Below are positions 61,101 through 64,000 of a stretch of DNA of 64,000 nucleotides, piece by piece. The DNA is taken from contig NMRA01000303.1 of NCBI GenBank assembly GCA_002633005.1, forward strand, positions 59,064-123,063, read 5' to 3'. Source of the stretch: Phoronis australis. Lineage: Eukaryota > Animalia > Phoronida. Within the stretch, counting starts at the first letter, position 1. Each line of letters starts with the position of its first letter. The position numbers were made by a program, and so were the translations under genes. The notes below the pieces were generated by a model. It was not told where the DNA came from. It saw nothing but the letters and a program-made list of their open reading frames with translations, and did no database searches.

Positions 61101-63433
61101 TCTGTGTGACCTGATAACACCTTCAGGATAGGTCTATATGGGAATGATTGATAGTGAAAGTATAGCCTGTCAAGAAATAAGCTTCAACCAGCACTTTGAG
61201 AATGACAGCCAAAACTCGACCTTCAGCAAAATTAACCTTTTTGATAAATAAACAATGAACAGCTTTTCATTGTAAAATATTAATATCTTTTTTCAGATAG
61301 AAATTCCATGGCTGATCTAACACATACTTTGTTCCAAAGCACAATACACCAACTTGCAATTAACACATTATCAATGCAGATATATATCAAACTATTAACA
61401 TGTCTCACAAGCCTACACCCAATAGTTTATTCTTTTCAGTGAACAAGAACAATTTATTTTTGGAGTCTGGACACACACATGTCTAAGCTTTATCGCACAA
61501 TAAAACTTCACAGGGCTTTCTCTCTACAAGCATTCTTGAGCAGCTTACAGCCATTGAATGAAACATTAAAAACAGCATAGTTCACCTCCATTTTGTGGTG
61601 AACACACACAAAACAAAGTCGTCAGACTTTATTCAGATGATCAAGAATACAACCAGGCTGTAAAAATGTTCCTTTCTACCACTGACAAAGCCACAACTAC
61701 ACAGATCAGTTTTGCACGTTGACAAAGCACCACAACGATGCAGAGCAGTTGTGCATGCTCTTAAGCCAAACACAACATTTTACAAACAACAGAAAGGTGG
61801 TGGTGTAGGCTAAGCATTATAATTTTCCCGTTCTCCAGTGAAATTTAGTGGAAGTAATCCAGTTATTTTTTACGCTAAATTTTCATCACAAAATTTTTTT
61901 AATTTACCCGATATTCCGAAGTTTAGGAAATTTGCCAGGACTAATATCAGGAAATTTTATTCAGGGCTTGTTTGCACTGAAATTAACATTCCGGAGGAAT
62001 CTGTAAAATAAAACCACTGGGTTGACACATGCGCAGTATTGCACTGTAGTGTCAATGTCTGCCACTTCAGGAGCAACAGCAGTCACCAAGAATACTTGTG
62101 GACACGGCCCATTTGAATTCTTCCTTTTAAATTTTTTCCTTAAATATTTCCGGTATTTCAAAATACTAGGGAATGCAGCTACTGAATTATTATGCAACAG
62201 GGCAGATTTTTGAGATCACTCAAAATAAACCACAATGGATTTCACTGGTGACGGAAGAACGGATTTTCATAATCAATGATCGGAAAGTGGTCGTCGATTA
62301 TAATCGACGATTGGATTTAACATTATTGCCAACCCTTACAAAGGTAGACATTTGTTACCAAGGAATATCTCTTAAATAAGCTACATGCCTTCTCTCATGT
62401 CATCTTTTCCAACTTTCTTATAAGCCTTTACTGTCATATGGCATAAGTTTGATCAGCTATAGGCCAATGATTGACACATCCTCAGTAATGTCTTTTGATT
62501 GTCAACTGGCAAGGCTTCAGTCCCATTTCTTTCTGTCAGTAACACAGACCTCCACAGTTTTATGTACCTACTATCTCCAGTACTACAGATCGGACCAAAA
62601 AAGCAAAGCTGGTTCTAGTCTGCACCCAGACCTTCATATAGATGGTGTTTGGGGCAATTAACAGACATCCTAACTCAAATTTAGAGACCCTACCTAGGAT
62701 GTACGCCCTATGTTCATCACTTGAACACCCCAGTAAAGTGTCTCTTTACACACTGGTGCCATCTCTGGGAACTCATTGGCCTGTCCATAATAAAAAGTTG
62801 ATTTTTCACAAAATACAGACTTTTTATAATTTCTTACTTTATCTCACTTAGCTCAGATTTTCGTCTTTCTTTGAGCTGGCCGACAGTCCTTTTTGACCCT
62901 CCCTGTCAAGGTGCTACCCGGCCCAACAGGGATGGTCTACCCGGCCCAACAGGGATGGTCCCCCCTCAAGTTATGCGACTGCATCCACCTGCCGTGTTTG
63001 CCTTCTCAGTCTATTTTCAAAATGGTAAAAAAGGTGCTTTTGATTAATGTCGTCGCGCCTGCCATTGCACCCACACTGGTGACCAGGACTCGTGACAGAT
63101 CGCATCCTACAAGCAGATTCTGCAGTCAACTTTTTAGAAACTACGCATGTACTGACTATCATCAATTTGATCAGTCATGGACTTACAATTCTGTGTCACA
63201 ACAAATCTATAGCAGGAATCCATCTTTGACACAAATTTGAGAACCAATTCCTGATTCCTGGCTTTCTTCAGTACATTCCAAAGTTGCAGACACGCATGGC
63301 AGGGTTTTGTGAAACTCTGCAAATGACCTATTTTTCATCATATGTAGATTGACTGGCTACGCCACAGAGCAATGCCAAACTTAAGGTTGGTCAAAAAGAT
63401 ATGGTCAATCAAATGGAAGATTGGCAAAAAGTC

Positions 63434-63650
63434 AAAAATCCAATTCCACAGGCTTGAATACTTAGGAGTAAAAATCCAATTCCACAGGCTTGAATACTTA
63501 GGAGTAAAAATCCAATTCTACAGGCTTGAATACTTAGGAGTAAAAATCCAATTCTACAGGCTTGAATACTTAGGAGTAAAAATCCAATTCTACAGGCTTG
63601 AATACTTAGGAGTAAAAATCCAATTCTACAGGCTTGAATACTTAGGAGTA
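63434..63650. repeat. 36-bp minisatellite, 6 copies
   Basis: AAAATCCAATTC(C/T)ACAGGCTTGAATACTTAGGAGTA. Confidence 0.97.
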
Positions 63651-64000
63651 ACAAGAGCAACGCGGAGCGTTGAAATGCGCCCACAATTGCACCGCATACG
63701 GTATTCTTCTAGGGTTGTTTATTGGTACCATAAAGTGGCCAGTAGAGAGCATACTTTGCAAAATGGAAAGGCATGGTCATTGTCTCCTCAATAGGCTAGG
63801 GGCAAAATGTGACTACGGTGTAATCTTCATAATACAAGCACATCCTATACACCAGTTGCTTAAAGCACCACAGAAACATAGAATTAAAAACAAATTTACC
63901 AACATACGAGATTAGCACAGCATTAGAATGCCAGAAACAAATTTCTACTTGGAACTTTTCCTTCACAGTCACGAAGTAACACAAAGTATACACCTGAAGA
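63650..64000 (+). mobile_element. Helentron/HINE-like element (copy 5, cut by window end)
   Basis: Nearly identical to 55848-56207. Confidence 0.9.

Noticed and set aside
63372-63794. ORFs with KIQFYRLEYLGV repeats
   Set aside because: 36-bp minisatellite running into a HINE start

Overview
Eukaryotic (animal; most likely an invertebrate bilaterian, by inference from repeat types) genomic DNA, AT-rich, with GT-AG introns and dense, nested transposons. Two intact host genes converge tail-to-tail. One is a complete 6-exon mitochondrial methionine aminopeptidase 1D (METAP1D; + strand, 22834-28781, 330 aa). The other is the last five coding exons of a CDK4/6 kinase (- strand, 42519-50532); its first coding exon must lie beyond the window end. 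The rest is mostly mobile DNA: (i) a 6.7-kb hAT element with a perfect 8-bp TSD, into which a Kolobok-like element, a miniature Gypsy LTR element and MITEs (one of its own family) have inserted; (ii) a TTAA-flanked Kolobok-like element whose long TIRs run into two convergent THAP-domain ORF starts; (iii) Harbinger-like and Tc1/pogo-like non-autonomous elements; (iv) an intron-containing SWIM + YqaJ exonuclease pseudogene; (v) LINE and Gypsy gag relics; (vi) several young minisatellites; (vii) a Helentron/HINE-like family. The most notable observation is that nearly every ~150-bp internal monomer of the HINE-like family carries a co-oriented match to the CTCF core motif. All calls were made by eye, without database searches. 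No CRISPR, rRNA or intact tRNA was seen.
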